NCBI GenBank assembly: GCA_038087875.1
Contig: CM075997.1
Span: forward strand, 1,490,001 to 1,554,000
Length of the DNA: 64,000 nucleotides
Source: Malacoraja senta
Lineage: Eukaryota
Reading direction: 5' to 3'
Shown piece after piece: positions 38,937 through 51,748 of the stretch (position 1 is its first letter; every line of letters starts with the position of its first letter). A program made the position numbers and the translations under genes. The notes beneath the pieces are model-generated. The model was not told where the DNA came from. It made no database searches and saw only the letters and a program-made list of their open reading frames with translations.

Positions 38937-39899
38937 CGGACTCAGAGAACGCACCTGAAGAACCCAACACAACCTGTAAGAATGATCGTACAACCCAAAT
39001 CTCCTCCTCTTAACACACTCTCATCCAATCCTCTCCTCTCCCTGCACCCTCAGCCAAAGCCCTGCCCAAAGATCTTTGACCCTGCCCAACTAAACACTCT
39101 TCCTTCCACACTTCCTTATAGCTCTCCCCCCTCGCAAGCAGTTCCAAAACTTTCCATCTATCTTCGTATAATCCTTTATTCATCCACTTCTGCACCGATA
39201 AAACAGTGGACTTTTAGTTACAATCTTTCCCATCCCTTCCCCCCCCTCTTCTCTAATATATAATGTGGCAGGAAAATACATCACATTTTACCTCGGGGGG
39301 AGAAACGTTCAAAGATGCGTCACAATAAGGACCTGTGAGAATTTTCAAACGTATCCCCTCGTCTTATTGTGTTTTTAAACTGTCTTTGCCACGACTCGAG
39401 GGGCCTGTGCTAACAGAGAGATGTTGGGCCAGGCTAGGGCTTCATTCCTTGGAGTTCAGGAGGTTGGGGCAGGCGATGCCAATAGACAATAGGTGCAGGT
39501 GTAGGCCATTCGGCCCTTCGAGCCAGCACCGCCATTCGAGGTGATCATGGCTGATCATCCCCAATCAGTACCCCGTTCCTGCCTTCTCCCCATATCCCCT
39601 GACTCTTCTATCTTTAAGAGCCCTATGGCCTCCTCCTGCACCTATTTTCTATGTTTCTATATGGAATTCCCTGCCACAGAGGGCAGTGGAGGCCAAGTCA
39701 CTGGATGGATTTAAGAGAGAGATTTAAGAGAGAGTTAGATAGAGCTCTAGGGGCTAGTGGAGTCAAGGGATATGGGGAGAAGGCAGGCACGGGTTATTGA
39801 TAGGGGACGATCAGCCATGATCACAATGAATAACGGTGCTGGCTCAAAGGGCCGAATGGCCTCCTCCTGCACCTATTTTCTATGTTTCTATGTCTATGT

Positions 39900-41340
39900 T
39901 TCAAGAGCCAAGTCAAGAGAGTTTATTGTCATGTGTCCCAGATAGGACAATGAAATCCTTGCTTTGCTTCAGCACAACAGAACATAGTAGGCATGAATAC
40001 AGAACAGATCAGTGTGTCCATATACCATTATATAAATATATACACACAAACTGATCAAGTGCAAATAAACAGATAATGGGCTATTAATGTTCAGAGTTTT
40101 GTTTCAGTTGAGTTTAATAGCCTGATGGCTGTGGGGAAGTAGCTATTCCTGAACCTGGACGTTGCAGTCTTCAGGCTCCTGTACCTTCTACCTGAAGGTA
40201 GCAGGGAGATGAGTGTGTGGCCAGGATGGTGTGGGTCCTTGATGATGCTGCCAGCTTTTTTGAGGCAGCGACTGTGATAGATCCCCCCGATGGTAGGGAG
40301 GTCAGAGCCGATGATGGACTGGGCAGTGTTTACTACTTTTTGTTGTCTTTTCCGCTCCTGGGCGCTCAAGTTGCCGAACCAAGCCACGATGCAACCGGTC
40401 AGCATGCTCTCTACTGTGCACCTGTAGAAGTTAGAGAGAGTCCTCCTTGACAAACCGACTCTCCGTAATCTTCTCAGGAAGTAGAGGCGCTGATGTGCTT
40501 TCTTAATAATTGCATCAGTGTTCTGGGACCAGGAAAGATCTTCAGAGATGTGCACGCCCAGGAATTTGAAACTCTTGACCCTCTCCACCATCGACCCGTT
40601 GATATAAACGGGACTGTGGGACCCCATCCTACCCCATCCAAAGTCCACAATTAGTTCCTTGGTTTTGCTGGTGTTGAGAGCCAGGTTATTGTGCTGGCAC
40701 CATTTAGTCAGTCGGTCGATCTCACTTCTATACTCTGACTCGTCCCCATCAGTGATACGTCCCACAACAGTGGTGTCGTCAGCGAACTTGATGATGGAGT
40801 TCGCACTATGACCGGCTACGCAGTCATGAGTATAGAGTGAGTACAGCGGGGGGCTGAGCACGCAGCCTTGAGGTGCTCCCGTGCTGATTGTTATTGAGGC
40901 TGACACATTTGCACCAATACGAACAGTCTGTGGTCTTTGAATGAGGAAGTCGAGGAAGTCGAATTGCAGAGGGATGCGCAGAGACCCAGTTCTGAGAGTT
41001 TGGTAACCAGCTTGGAGGGGATGATGGTATTAAATGCCGAGCTGTAATCAATGAATAACAGCCTGACATATGAGTTTTTGTTGTCCAAGTGGTCCAGAGC
41101 GGAGTGGAGAGCCAGCGAGATCGCATCCACCATTGATCTGTTGTGGCTGTAGGCAAACTGCAGTGGGTCCAGGTTTTTGTCGAGGTTTGAGTTGATTTGC
41201 GCCATGATCAACCTCTCAAAGCACTTCATCACCACAGACGTTAGTGCCACTGGTCGATAGTTGTTGAGGCACGTCACCTTGCTCTTCTTGGGCACCGGTA
41301 TAATTGATGCCCTTTTAAAGCAGGTGGGAACCACAGACCT
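39900..41340 (-). mobile_element. 5'-truncated Rex1/Babar-type LINE: reverse transcriptase and 3' tail, frameshifted
   Basis: ORFs 40891..41388, 40824..41156 and 40091..40906 give [54 protein letters not shown] and FKFLGVHI, split over three frames. Confidence 0.88.
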
Positions 41341-41529
41341 CAGAAGTGAGAGGCTCTTGAAAGCATCCCGAGAACCGGCCTCCACCACCCTCCGAAGACT
41401 TTATTCCTTGGAGTGCAGGAGGATGAGGGGTGATTTTATAGAGCTTACTGTATTTTAAAACTATTCTTGGTTCTTGGCCCTCCAAAATATTCCAAATGGA
41501 ATTTAAACTGGAGGTGGCGGAGGGTGGAC

Positions 41530-41690
41530 TTAAGCAAAATAGGATTCTTGGAGAAGAAGCAGTACCTTAAATGTAGTTGCGTCTGGTTGGGTAACTATAG
41601 TAGGGTGAAGACTATTCCACGCTTTAATTGTGCGGGGGAAGAATGAATTGCTGTACACATCTGTCTTGGTAGCTGGTATCTCCTCACCCA
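41530..41690 (-). mobile_element. 3' end of a divergent CR1-group LINE
   Basis: TDVYSNSFFPRTIKAWNSLHPTIVTQPDATTFK, the SFFPRT..WN.L motif of CR1-like ORF2 C-termini. Confidence 0.6.
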
Positions 41691-43544
41691 GACTCGAGGG
41701 GCCAGGGTTATAGAGAGATGTTGTGGCAGGCTTTATTCCTTGGATCGCAGGAGGTTGGGGCAGGCTAGGACTTTTTTCCTTGGCGAGCAGGCGAATGAGG
41801 TGGTGTGTAAAATCATAACAGGAATAGATCAGAGTGAATGCACTGTCTTTTACTTGGGATAGGGCAATCAAGAACTAGAGGGCATAGATTAAAGGCGAGA
41901 GGGGCAAGGTTTAATAAGGACCCGAGGGGCAACTTTTTCACACAGAGGATGGTGGGTATTTGGACAAGCTATTAGAGGAAAAACAGAGTGCTGGAGTAAC
42001 TCAGTGGGTCAGGCAGCATCTGTGGAGAACATGGATAGGTGGATGTTTTAAGTTGAGACCCTTCTCCAGCAACCAGAGGTAGTTGAGGCAGGTACATTAA
42101 CAACATTTGAAAGACATTTGGACAGGAACATGGATAAGAAGGGTTATGGGACATGGTCTAAATGTGGGAAGATGGCACCGACATAGATGGGGCATCTTGG
42201 CCAGCATAGACGAGTTGGGCCGAATGGCCTGTTTGTGTGCTGTATGACAAACGCTATTTTTAAAACCATAGTATATAGCTATCAAGAAGTTTGAAGAAGA
42301 GTCCCGCCCCAAAATGTCGCCTATCCTATCCTATAACCTATGAACATTACTTTATTCCTTGGAGCGCAGAAGGATGAGGGGGTGATCTTATAGAGATGTA
42401 TAAAATAGTGAGGGAAGGGAAGGAGAAGGCAAAGTCAGTGGATATATTTAAGGCAGAGATAGATAGATTCTTGATTAGTGCGGGTGTCAGAGGTTATGAG
42501 GAGGAGGCAGGAGAATGGGGTTAGGAGGGAGAGATAGATCAGCCATGATTGAATGGCTGAGTAGACTTGATGGGCCGAATGGCCTAATTCTACTCCTATC
42601 ACATGACCATATGACCTAACCCATGTTCTCCAGAGATGCTGACTGACCCTCTGAGTTACTCCAGCACGCTGTATCTCCTCAAATATACCTTGTTCCATAG
42701 CTCATCGGGTCATTTTTTTTCCTAGATCAGCATCTGCAGTTCCTTGTTCACATAAACTATCATGTCCGTTTCACGTTCCTCTTGTCTGTGGGTAGTTAGA
42801 CCAATTAAATAAAAAATAAATTTCAGTTATAACATTAAAAAAAAAAGATTTAAAAATGCTGTCTGTGCGGAGTTTGTACGTTCTCCCCAAGACCGCGTGG
42901 GTTTTCTCTGGGTGCTCCAGTTTCCTTCCACACTCCAAAGGCATACAGTTTTTGTAGGTTATTTGGCTTCGGTAAAAATTGTCTCCAGTGTGAAGGATAG
43001 TGCTAGTGTATGGGGATCGCTGGTCGGCGTGGATAGTCTGCATTGTATCTCTAAATAAATTTAATTGAACTGAAGCAATTAAACTTCACGGTTAAATAAA
43101 TTAAAGTTAATCAAAATTTTCAGTACAAATTAAATCTGTCCACATCTGTAATTAAAACTCACATCTCATGTTTGGCATTATTGTATTACAGCTCAGGAAG
43201 AAACTTAATAAGATGTATAATTGATAACTGTTGTAACAAGAGATACAACTGTTCCAATGGGGTAAAGTTTGCACAGACGGCAATGTTTCTGAGAATATTA
43301 AGTTGTAGAACTACAAGATTTGTAAACTAGCACCGACAGTTCCTTGTTTCTCCCTCGAAGGTTTTTGTGGATTGGGAGACAGGGTGGGAGCTGTGCTTTT
43401 AACTACAGTCTTTAGACTTTGGAGATACAGCGCGGAAACAGGCCCTTCAGCCACCGAGTCCGCGCCACCCAGCGATCACCCTGTAAGCTAGCACTACCCG
43501 ACACACTCACGTCCTCTGAGTGTGGGCTACATGTATATATGTAT

Positions 43545-43950
43545 GTAGGTACACCAAAATGCTGGAGAAACTCAGCGGGTGCAGCAGCATCTATGGAGCG
43601 AAGGAAATAGGTAACATTTCGGGCCGAAACCCTTCTTCAGACTGATAGGGGGTGGGGAGAAGAAAGGAAAAAAGGAAAAAGGCGGAGGAGGAGCCCGAGG
43701 GCTGGGGGAGGGGAGGAGACAACCAGATGGCTGATGAAGGGGAGGGGACAGCAAGGGCTAGCAGAATTGGGAGAATTCAATGTTCAAGCCCCCAGGATGT
43801 AGACTGCCCAAGCGGTATATAAGGTGCATTTCCTCCAATTTACGGTGTTGCACGCTGTGGCCATGGAGGAGACTCAGGACAGAGAGGTCAGATACGGAAT
43901 GGGAGGGGGAGTTGAAGTGCTGAGCCACCGGGAGTTCAGGTTGGTTATTG
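43545..43950 (-). mobile_element. Penelope-like element 3' fragment
   Basis: KLEEMHLIYRLGSLHPGGLNIEFSQF plus the terminal repeat. Confidence 0.72.
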
Positions 43951-46159
43951 CGGACCGATATATATGTATGTAGTTTGTTTTGTTGGTGCTATTCTTATAA
44001 CAAATGTAAAGCACTTTGCCAACAAGAGTTGTTTTTTAAATGTGCTATATAAATAAATGTGACTTGACTTGACTTTGACACTAGGGACAATTAAAATTTT
44101 ACTGATGCCAATGAACCCGCACATCTTTGGAGTGTGGGAGTAAACCAGAGCACCCGGCGAAAACCTACGTGAGATCGTACAAACTGTGTACAAACAGCAC
44201 CCGTAGTCAGGATCGAACCCCGGTTTCTGGCGCTGTAAGGCAGCAACTCTACCACTGTGCCACCATGCCGCCACAGTCCTTGTAAATTGGGGTTAAAGAT
44301 TTGGACCCAGGCGTCACAGAATAACGAAGATTATTTTGACTGAACCGAAGGACTTAGGTTTAAGGTGAGGAGGGGAAAGATTTAATAGGAACCCGATGGA
44401 CAGCTTTTTCAGACAGTGGGTGAGTTTTTTAAAAAATATTTCAAAATATACTTTATTCGAAAATAAATATATCCAATGCATGATCCTTACAAGACTCCAT
44501 CCAACATTCTCGGAGGCTGTACATCCATTCAATACTGTTTTACACAAATTGCACAAATTTATTCCATGCACATTGCCACACATGTGGCCCACTGGTGTGG
44601 AATCCCTCCCCTTATTTTGAGGGGTGCATCCATGGATGGGAGTGATATTGACCAAACTGTGGGCAGGTGGGACTAGTGTGGATGGGGCATCTTGGTCAGC
44701 ATGGGCAAGTGGGCCGAAGGGCCTGTTTTTGTGATGTATGACTCTATGATTGTGAAAGTCTGATGCTTTAACAGATTCAGCCACCTTGGCAGAATTAGTT
44801 ACAAATGACATAATGTAATAAAAATGAACTGCAGATGCTGGTTTATACCAAAGATAGAGACAAAATGGTGGAGTAGGCATCACCAGTGGGTCAGATAGCA
44901 TCTCTGGGGCAAAATGGACAGGTGACGTTTCGGGTCAGGTCTGAAGAAGGGTCCCGACCCGAAACGTCACCTGTCCATTTTGTCCAGAGATGCTATTTGA
45001 TCCGCTGAGTTATTCTGCATTTTGTGTCTATCTTTAGTTAAAATGATGTCAAGTCCTCCTGTGGATGCTGCTGCTACCAATAGAGGATGCCATGGAGCTG
45101 TTTGGAGACAGGGAGCACTTTTACACTGTGGCAGGAAGGAACTGCAGATGCTGGTTTAAAACCAAAGATAGACACAAAACGCTGGAGTAACTCAGCGGGA
45201 CAGGCAGCATCTGTGGAGCGAAGGAATAGGTGACGTTTCGGATCGAGACCCTTCTTCAGACTGAAGTAGACATAGTATATGTTTACATATGTTTACATAT
45301 GTAAACATAGTACTCTGTAAAAGCAATAAACAGCATTTTTGTCTACCTTCGATTTTTCCAACATCTGTAGTTCCTTCTTAAACATGTTTACAATATATGT
45401 TGTGCTGCTGCAAGTATGAATTTCATCATTCCATTGTGAGGCATTTGACATTAAAACTCTCTTGATTATGTGAGCTCGTTCCAGAAACCCTCCACACTCT
45501 CTGTGTGATTCTGATTTTTACCTGCAGGACAAAGAAAAGGTCCCAACCAGAAACGTCACCTGTCAATGTACTCCAGAGATGCTGCCTGACCCGCTGAGTT
45601 ACTCCAGCGCTTTGAGACTTCTTTTGTAAATGCAGCATCTGCAGTTCCTTGTGTCTGCGATGTAATTGTCCTCAGTGAAAGGCAGGTGGCAGTATTGCAC
45701 TGCACTGGAGCAGCTTGCCTGAAGAAGGGTCTCGACCCCGAAACATCACCCATTCCTTCTCTCCAGGGATGCTGCCTGTACCACTGAGTTACTCCAGCAT
45801 CCAGGGGCCACAGTTTAAGAATAAGGGGTAAGCCATTTAGAACGGAGACGAGGAAACACTTTTTCTCACAGAGAGTGGTGAGTCTGTGGAAATTCTCTGC
45901 CTCAGAGGGCGGTGGAGGCAGGTCCTCTGGATGCTTTCAAGAGAGAGCTAGATAGGGCTCTTAAAAATAGCAGAGTCAGGTGATATGGGGAGAAGGCGGG
46001 AACGGGGTACTGATTGGGGATGATCAGCCATGATCACATTGAATGGCGGTGCTGGCACGAAGGGCCGAATGGCCTACCTGCACCTATTGTCTATTGTCTA
46101 TTTTGTGTCTATCTTTGGTGTAAGCCAGCATCTGTAGTTCCTTCCTACAAATAGAGACT

Positions 46160-46300
46160 GTCCTTTCTGTCCTGTGCCTCCTCCACTATCAGTGTGAGGC
46201 CCAATGCAAATTGGAGGAACAGCACCTCATATTTCACTTGGGAAGCTTACAACCCAGTGGTATGAATATTGACTTCTCTAACTTGAAGTAACCCTTGCTT

Positions 46301-46337
<37 letters not shown>

Positions 46338-46460
46338 CATTACTCCCCCATACTAGTTCTTCGACCTGTCCGACTGTCCTGATTAAAATGTATCTTTGTA
46401 TGCCTTCCCCAAGGGTCACCTTCCCCAAGCTAACAACGATCTATTCTACATGTTCCTTGA
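46160..46460 (+). mobile_element. Penelope-like element 3' fragment
   Basis: KLEEQHLIFHLGSLQPSGMNIDFSNLK. Confidence 0.7.
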
Positions 46461-46608
46461 GCTTCGACCTACACAATAGGGAGAACTTACAGAAGCCAAT
46501 TAACCTACAAACCTGCCACATCTTTGAAATGTGGGAGGAAACTGGAGCACCTGGAGAAAACCTACACGGTCACACGTGCAAACTCCGTACAGAAAGCACG
46601 TGAGGTCA

Positions 46609-46929
46609 ATGGTTGAACACAAACTCAAAACCGACACTAGGGTCGGGTGAGCGGGCGTGGGGAAGGGTAGTGGGACATATCTCCGCTTCTGGCACTTCTT
46701 CATTAGTTCTGGGGTTTTTCCTTTTCTTTTCGTGTCTTTTTCGAAATTCTTTCTTTTCTATTTCTTTTCTTCTTTCTTTCCCTTTTTCCTTTTTCCTTTT
46801 TTTTCCGATTCAGTCATTAGTTTATAAAATGTTAAAATTGAAGCCGTACGAAAATTGTATGATTTTTATGTCGATTACTTTCTCCTTGTACAGTTGCTTC
46901 TAATAAAATCAATATTTAAAAAAAAAAAC
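46609..46929 (+). mobile_element. Poly(A)-tailed retroinsertion inside a SINE
   Basis: T-rich body ending ttctaataaaat...tttaaaaaaa, similar to 55515-55840. TGAGGTCA on both flanks. Confidence 0.55.
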
Positions 46930-47777
46930 AGCTGAGGTCAGGATCGAACCCGGGTCTCTGCGCTGTGAGGCAACAACTCTGCATACCGCCCCATTTTGTT
47001 TACTGTGGGACCACCGCATGATTCAATTCAGTCCAGTCTAGTTTATTGTCACGTGTACCGAGGTACAGTGAAACGCTTTTGTTGCGTGCTAACCAGTCAG
47101 CAGAAAGACAATACATGATTACAATCGAAGATAGACACAAAAAGCTGGAGTATCTCAGCGGGTCAGGCAGCACCTCTGGAGAGAAGGAATAGGTGACGTT
47201 TCGGGTCGAAACCCGTCTTCAGTCACCCATTCTTTTTCACCAGCGATGCTGCCTGTCCCGCTGAGTCACTCCAGCTTTTTGTGTCTATCTTCAGTTTAAA
47301 CCAGCATCTGCAGTTCCTTCTTACACATGATTACAATTGAGCCATTGACAGTGTACAGATTCATGATAAGGGAATAAAGTATAGTGCAAGGTAAAGCCAG
47401 CAAAGTCCATGAAGGAAAGTCAGTCCTTCTATGATGATGTTCCTTCTATACCGGGTTTATATATTTTTTAAATTAATCTGCTCTAAGAAACTAATTTAAA
47501 AAAATGCTCCACAACCTCCGAGCAGCAACATAAGCTCTCGGGCTGAATCCAGGGTTCGGGATTGATAGATACATTGTCTCAGATCCCAGTTTAAAGTTTC
47601 CTTTTCTACAAATAAGGAATAGACGTTTGGAGGGAAGGTGACAACACACTTATATCATCGGCATGGTTCAGTTTCAGTACTGGGCAGGAGAGGATCCGAC
47701 ACTCACTTGTGAAGTTAAACAAATGCGGATGAAGGAATTCTGAGAAGGAGTAGGCCTGCCCTCTCATCGGGTGAGAC

Positions 47778-48110
47778 GCCTGTCCCACTTACGCGACCTT
47801 TACAGGCGACTGCTGGCACCCGTCATAGGTCGCCGAAATTTTCAACATGTTGAAAACTCAGCGGCGACCGGAAAGACGCTACGATTCTTTGGAGACCTCT
47901 CGCGAACATAGGAGACCTCTCACCACCATAGGAGACCTCTCACCACCATAGGAGACCTCTCACGACCATACAGCCTGTGGTCGTGAGAGGTCTCCAAAGA
48001 GTCGTAGCGTCTTTCTGGTTGCCGCTGAGTTTTCAACATGTTGAAAAATTTCGGCAACCTGTGACGTGTGCCGGCAGTCGCCTGTGGAGGTCACGTAAGT
48101 GGGACGGGCT
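47778..48110. mobile_element. Palindromic MITE with an internal tandem repeat (ACCATAGGAGACCTCTCAC-like)
   Basis: GCCTGTCCCACTTACG...CGTAAGTGGGACGGGC, arms complementary over about 120 nt. Confidence 0.72.
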
Positions 48111-48702
48111 GTCTAGATTGAGGAGTTTAGTTTAGAGATGCAGCATGAAAACGGGGCCCTTCGGCCCACTGTGTCCGTGCCTACCGGCGATCCTCGCAGT
48201 TTAACACTGTCCTACGCAGACAGCGAAACGACTGACCCGAAACGTCACCCATTCCATCTCTCCAGAGACGCTGCCTGTCCCGCTGAGTTACTCCAGCATT
48301 TTGTGTCTACCTTCGATTCAAACCAGCATCCTACACATTACAATCAAGCCGTCCACAGTGTAGAGATACAGGATAAAGGGTATAACCAACCGGGTCTGTA
48401 AGTCGGCAACTTAGAAACATAGAAAATAGGTGCAGGAGGAGGCCCTTCAGCCCTTCGAGCCTGCACCGCCATTCATTGTGATCATGGCTGATCGTCCCAA
48501 TCAATAACCCATGCCTGCCTTCTCCCCATACCCCTTGATTCCACTAGCCCCTAGAGCTCTATCTAACTCCACCGCTGCGCCAAGTCTATCGCACAGGCAA
48601 GGGAGGGCAAGGCTGTGGTTAGTACTGGCCAGAGGGCCGAATGGCCTACTCCATCAAATTCCTGTAAACTACACTAAACTAAAACTGATATGAAATTTTC
48701 AT

Positions 48703-48902
48703 NNNNNNNNNNNNNNNNNNNNNNNNNNNNNNNNNNNNNNNNNNNNNNNNNNNNNNNNNNNNNNNNNNNNNNNNNNNNNNNNNNNNNNNNNNNNNNNNNN
48801 NNNNNNNNNNNNNNNNNNNNNNNNNNNNNNNNNNNNNNNNNNNNNNNNNNNNNNNNNNNNNNNNNNNNNNNNNNNNNNNNNNNNNNNNNNNNNNNNNNNN
48901 NN
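48703..48902. other. Assembly gap (200 N)
   Basis: Run of N. Confidence 1.
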
Positions 48903-49097
48903 ATTTTTTCAGCGTCATTGCCGTAGCCGCTTGCCGAAAATTTTCAACATGTTGAAAATCCAGTGGCGACCAGAAAAAGGTACGGCTCTTTGGGAAGACT
49001 ACTCGCCACCAAACAGGCGTCACCCCGCGCGGGCCGACGATTTGCGTGATGGTCTGGGCTGCGATTTCAAACCTCTGCAATTTCTTGCGGTCTCAAA

Positions 49098-49395
49098 GGG
49101 CGGCACAGTGGCGCAACGATGGTAGTTGCTGCCTTCCAGCACCAGAGACCCGGGTTCGATCCCGACCACGGGTGCTGTCAGTATGGTGTTGTCTGTACGT
49201 TCTCCCCGTGTACCTGCGTGGGTTTTCTCCGAGATCTTCGGTTTCCTCCCACACTCCAAAGACACATAGGTTTGTAGGTAAATTGGCTTGGTATAAGTGT
49301 AACTTGTCCCGAGTGCGTGTAGGGTAGTGTTAATATGCGGACTGGGTGGGCCAAAGGGCCTGTTTCCGCGCTGTATGTCTAGACTGAACTAAACT
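49098..49395 (+). mobile_element. HE1-like SINE
   Basis: Head, core and tail present. Confidence 0.78.
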
Positions 49396-49553
49396 CAGGA
49401 GCCGAGGGAACTTGCTGCAATGTGGGTTGTTGTTAATGCAGATCCCTCGACACCGCTGCTCCGAGCATGCACCGCAGACAAGATCATTGCGACTGAGTGC
49501 TGCAGTGAAATGCCATGTCGTTGCTGCAGCTGCTTTACATAGTCAGGGGACTT

Positions 49554-49567
49554 GTTTCCATGGCGAC
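49554..49567. promoter_or_regulatory. RFX X-box-like motif GTTTCCATGGCGAC in a unique, CpG-containing block upstream of the SPINT2-like gene
   Basis: Close to the X-box consensus GTTNCCATGGNAAC. An ETS-like GCGGAAAT lies at about 49693. Confidence 0.4.
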
Positions 49568-49931
49568 AGCCGATTGCAAAAGGGAACCTTTGTGTTCAGT
49601 GGAGACCAAAGCAGTCATTGACGTTGCGAACATTAGAACTCGTGTTGCGTGCAAGGCAGACATCTCCGCGCAAAAGGCAAATGCCACTAGAAGCGGAAAT
49701 AAAAGGGTGCAGCGGGTAGAGTTGCTGCCTCACAGCGCCAGAGACCCGGGTTCGATCCTGACTACGGGTGCTGTCTGTACAGAGTTTGCACGTTCTCCCC
49801 GTGACCTGCGTGGGCTTCCTCTGATCTCTGGTTTCCTCCCACACTCCAAAGACACGCAGGTTTGTAGGTTAATTGGCTTGGTATAAGTGTAAATTGTCAC
49901 CTAGGGTAGTGTTAAGGGCCTGTGCCATTAA

Positions 49932-50199
49932 AGGGCCTGTCCCACTTATGTGTCCTTGGCACGCAAATTACGCGACCTCGTGGTCGCGTTGAGCCGAGAC
50001 GGTCCCGCGAAGGTCGGGCGCGATTCAATGCGTACGCACAGCCGTCTGGAGCGCGTGACGTCATTTGAAGATGGACATAACTCAGCGCACAACTACATAC
50101 CCCTCCGCGCTTCTAAATGGGACCGGCCCCGCGCGGCCATACGATGCCCGTGCGCCACGAGGTCGCGTAATTTGCGCGCCAAGGACACGTAAGTGGGCC
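49932..50199. mobile_element. CpG-rich palindromic MITE inserted in a SINE tail
   Basis: AGGGCCTGTCCCACTTATGTGTCCTTGG...CCAAGGACACGTAAGTGGG. Confidence 0.68.
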
Positions 50200-51742
50200 G
50201 AAGGGGCTGGTTCCACGCTGTATCTCTAAACTAAACTAAAAGTCAAATTTATAGGGTTCTATTTATGACCAGAAGTAGCTTTAAATTGTTAAGTACTAAA
50301 GTACAAAATGTGGCAGACAATTTGCACACAATGATCTCCTCGAAATTGTAATGTAAAATCAATCATGTGGCACTGGGTTATATACAGACCAAGGCACTGG
50401 AGATTGTGTGTAGGAGGGAACTGCAGATGCTGGTTTAAACCGAAGATAGACACAAAAAGCTGGAGTAACTCAGCGGGACAGGCAGCATCTCTGGAGAAAT
50501 GCAATAGGTGACATTTCGAGTCGAGACCTTTCTGAAGAAGGCACTCGAGATTATTCCCCTTGCTATTTCAAGAGAGAGTTAGATAGAGCTCTTAAAGATA
50601 GGGATATGGGGAGAAGGCATGAACGGGGTACTGATTGTGGATGATCAGCCATGATCAGAGTTGGCAGTGCTGGCTTGAAGAGCCGAATGCCTACTTCTGC
50701 ACCTATTGTCTATTGTCTATTGCTCTTCAAAACAATCTGACTATTTTAATGACAGGAAGTCAGAATTCTCAGATATTTAATCTGTTGACTCATTCTTTAC
50801 ATTTATCTGTGAGGGCAGATGGGTCTCATTTTAATGGATCATAGAGGATCACAACCTCTGGCCATTAGAATTCCCCTGGCATCATGCTGGATAATGTGCT
50901 TAAGTCCCCCAGTATTTCGATAGAGCTCTACAAAAGCATCACAGTACTTTATTTTCCTCTGCCCTCTTCTCCTTTCTCCCTTCCCCCATTTTTTCTCACT
51001 CTTCAGCCCTTTATTGCACCACCCCTCCTCATCCCTTCCACCCATATCCATCCCTCTGGCTTTACATTTCACTCCTATTCTCTCATTATCTGAGGCTTTT
51101 GTCTCCTTTTCATCTCCTGCCTTTGTCACCCTCCACCTATCTTCTAATCAACCTCCCTTCATCTATATCCACCTATCACTTGACATGCGCCTCCACCTCC
51201 CCCCCCCCTCCCCCCTTTCCAGCTTTCTCACCCCTCCTCAATGTTTTAGTTTTGTTTAATTTAGAGATACAGCGAGGAAACAGGCACTTTGGCCCACGGG
51301 TCAATAGACAATAGGTGAAAGGAGTAGGCCATTCGGCCCTTCCGTTCAATGTGATCATGGCTGATCATCCAAAATCAGTACTCTCACCGTATCCGCGCCG
51401 ACCAGCGATCCCCGCACTCTATCACTATCCTACACACACACTAGGGACAAATTACATTTACACCAAGCCAATTAGCCTACAAACCTGTACGTACGTCTTT
51501 GGAGTGTGGGAGGAAGCCGGAGCTCTTGGAGAAAACCCACGCAGGTTACGGGGAGAAGGTACAAACTGTACAGACAAGCACCCGGCTCTCTGGCGCTGTG
51601 AGGCACAGACTCTACCGCTGCGCCACCGTGCCGCCCTTGTTTTGCCGAAGATTCCAGCATCTGCACTTCATTCCGTCTCCAATCATTTCCATGCTTTGGG
51701 AATTGTTGTTATTTGCAAAACACACAAAGACCACTTCTAGCA

Positions 51743-51748
51743 TTTATT
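51743..51748 (-). terminator. Candidate poly(A) signal of AP2S1
   Basis: AATAAA on the minus strand followed by GU-rich gtggtctttgtgtgttttg, at the end of an AT-rich non-repeat block. Other AATAAA lie near 52010 and 52208. Confidence 0.4.

Noticed and set aside
47885..47970. Short direct repeats superficially like a CRISPR array
   Set aside because: Tandem units without unique spacers, inside a eukaryotic MITE.
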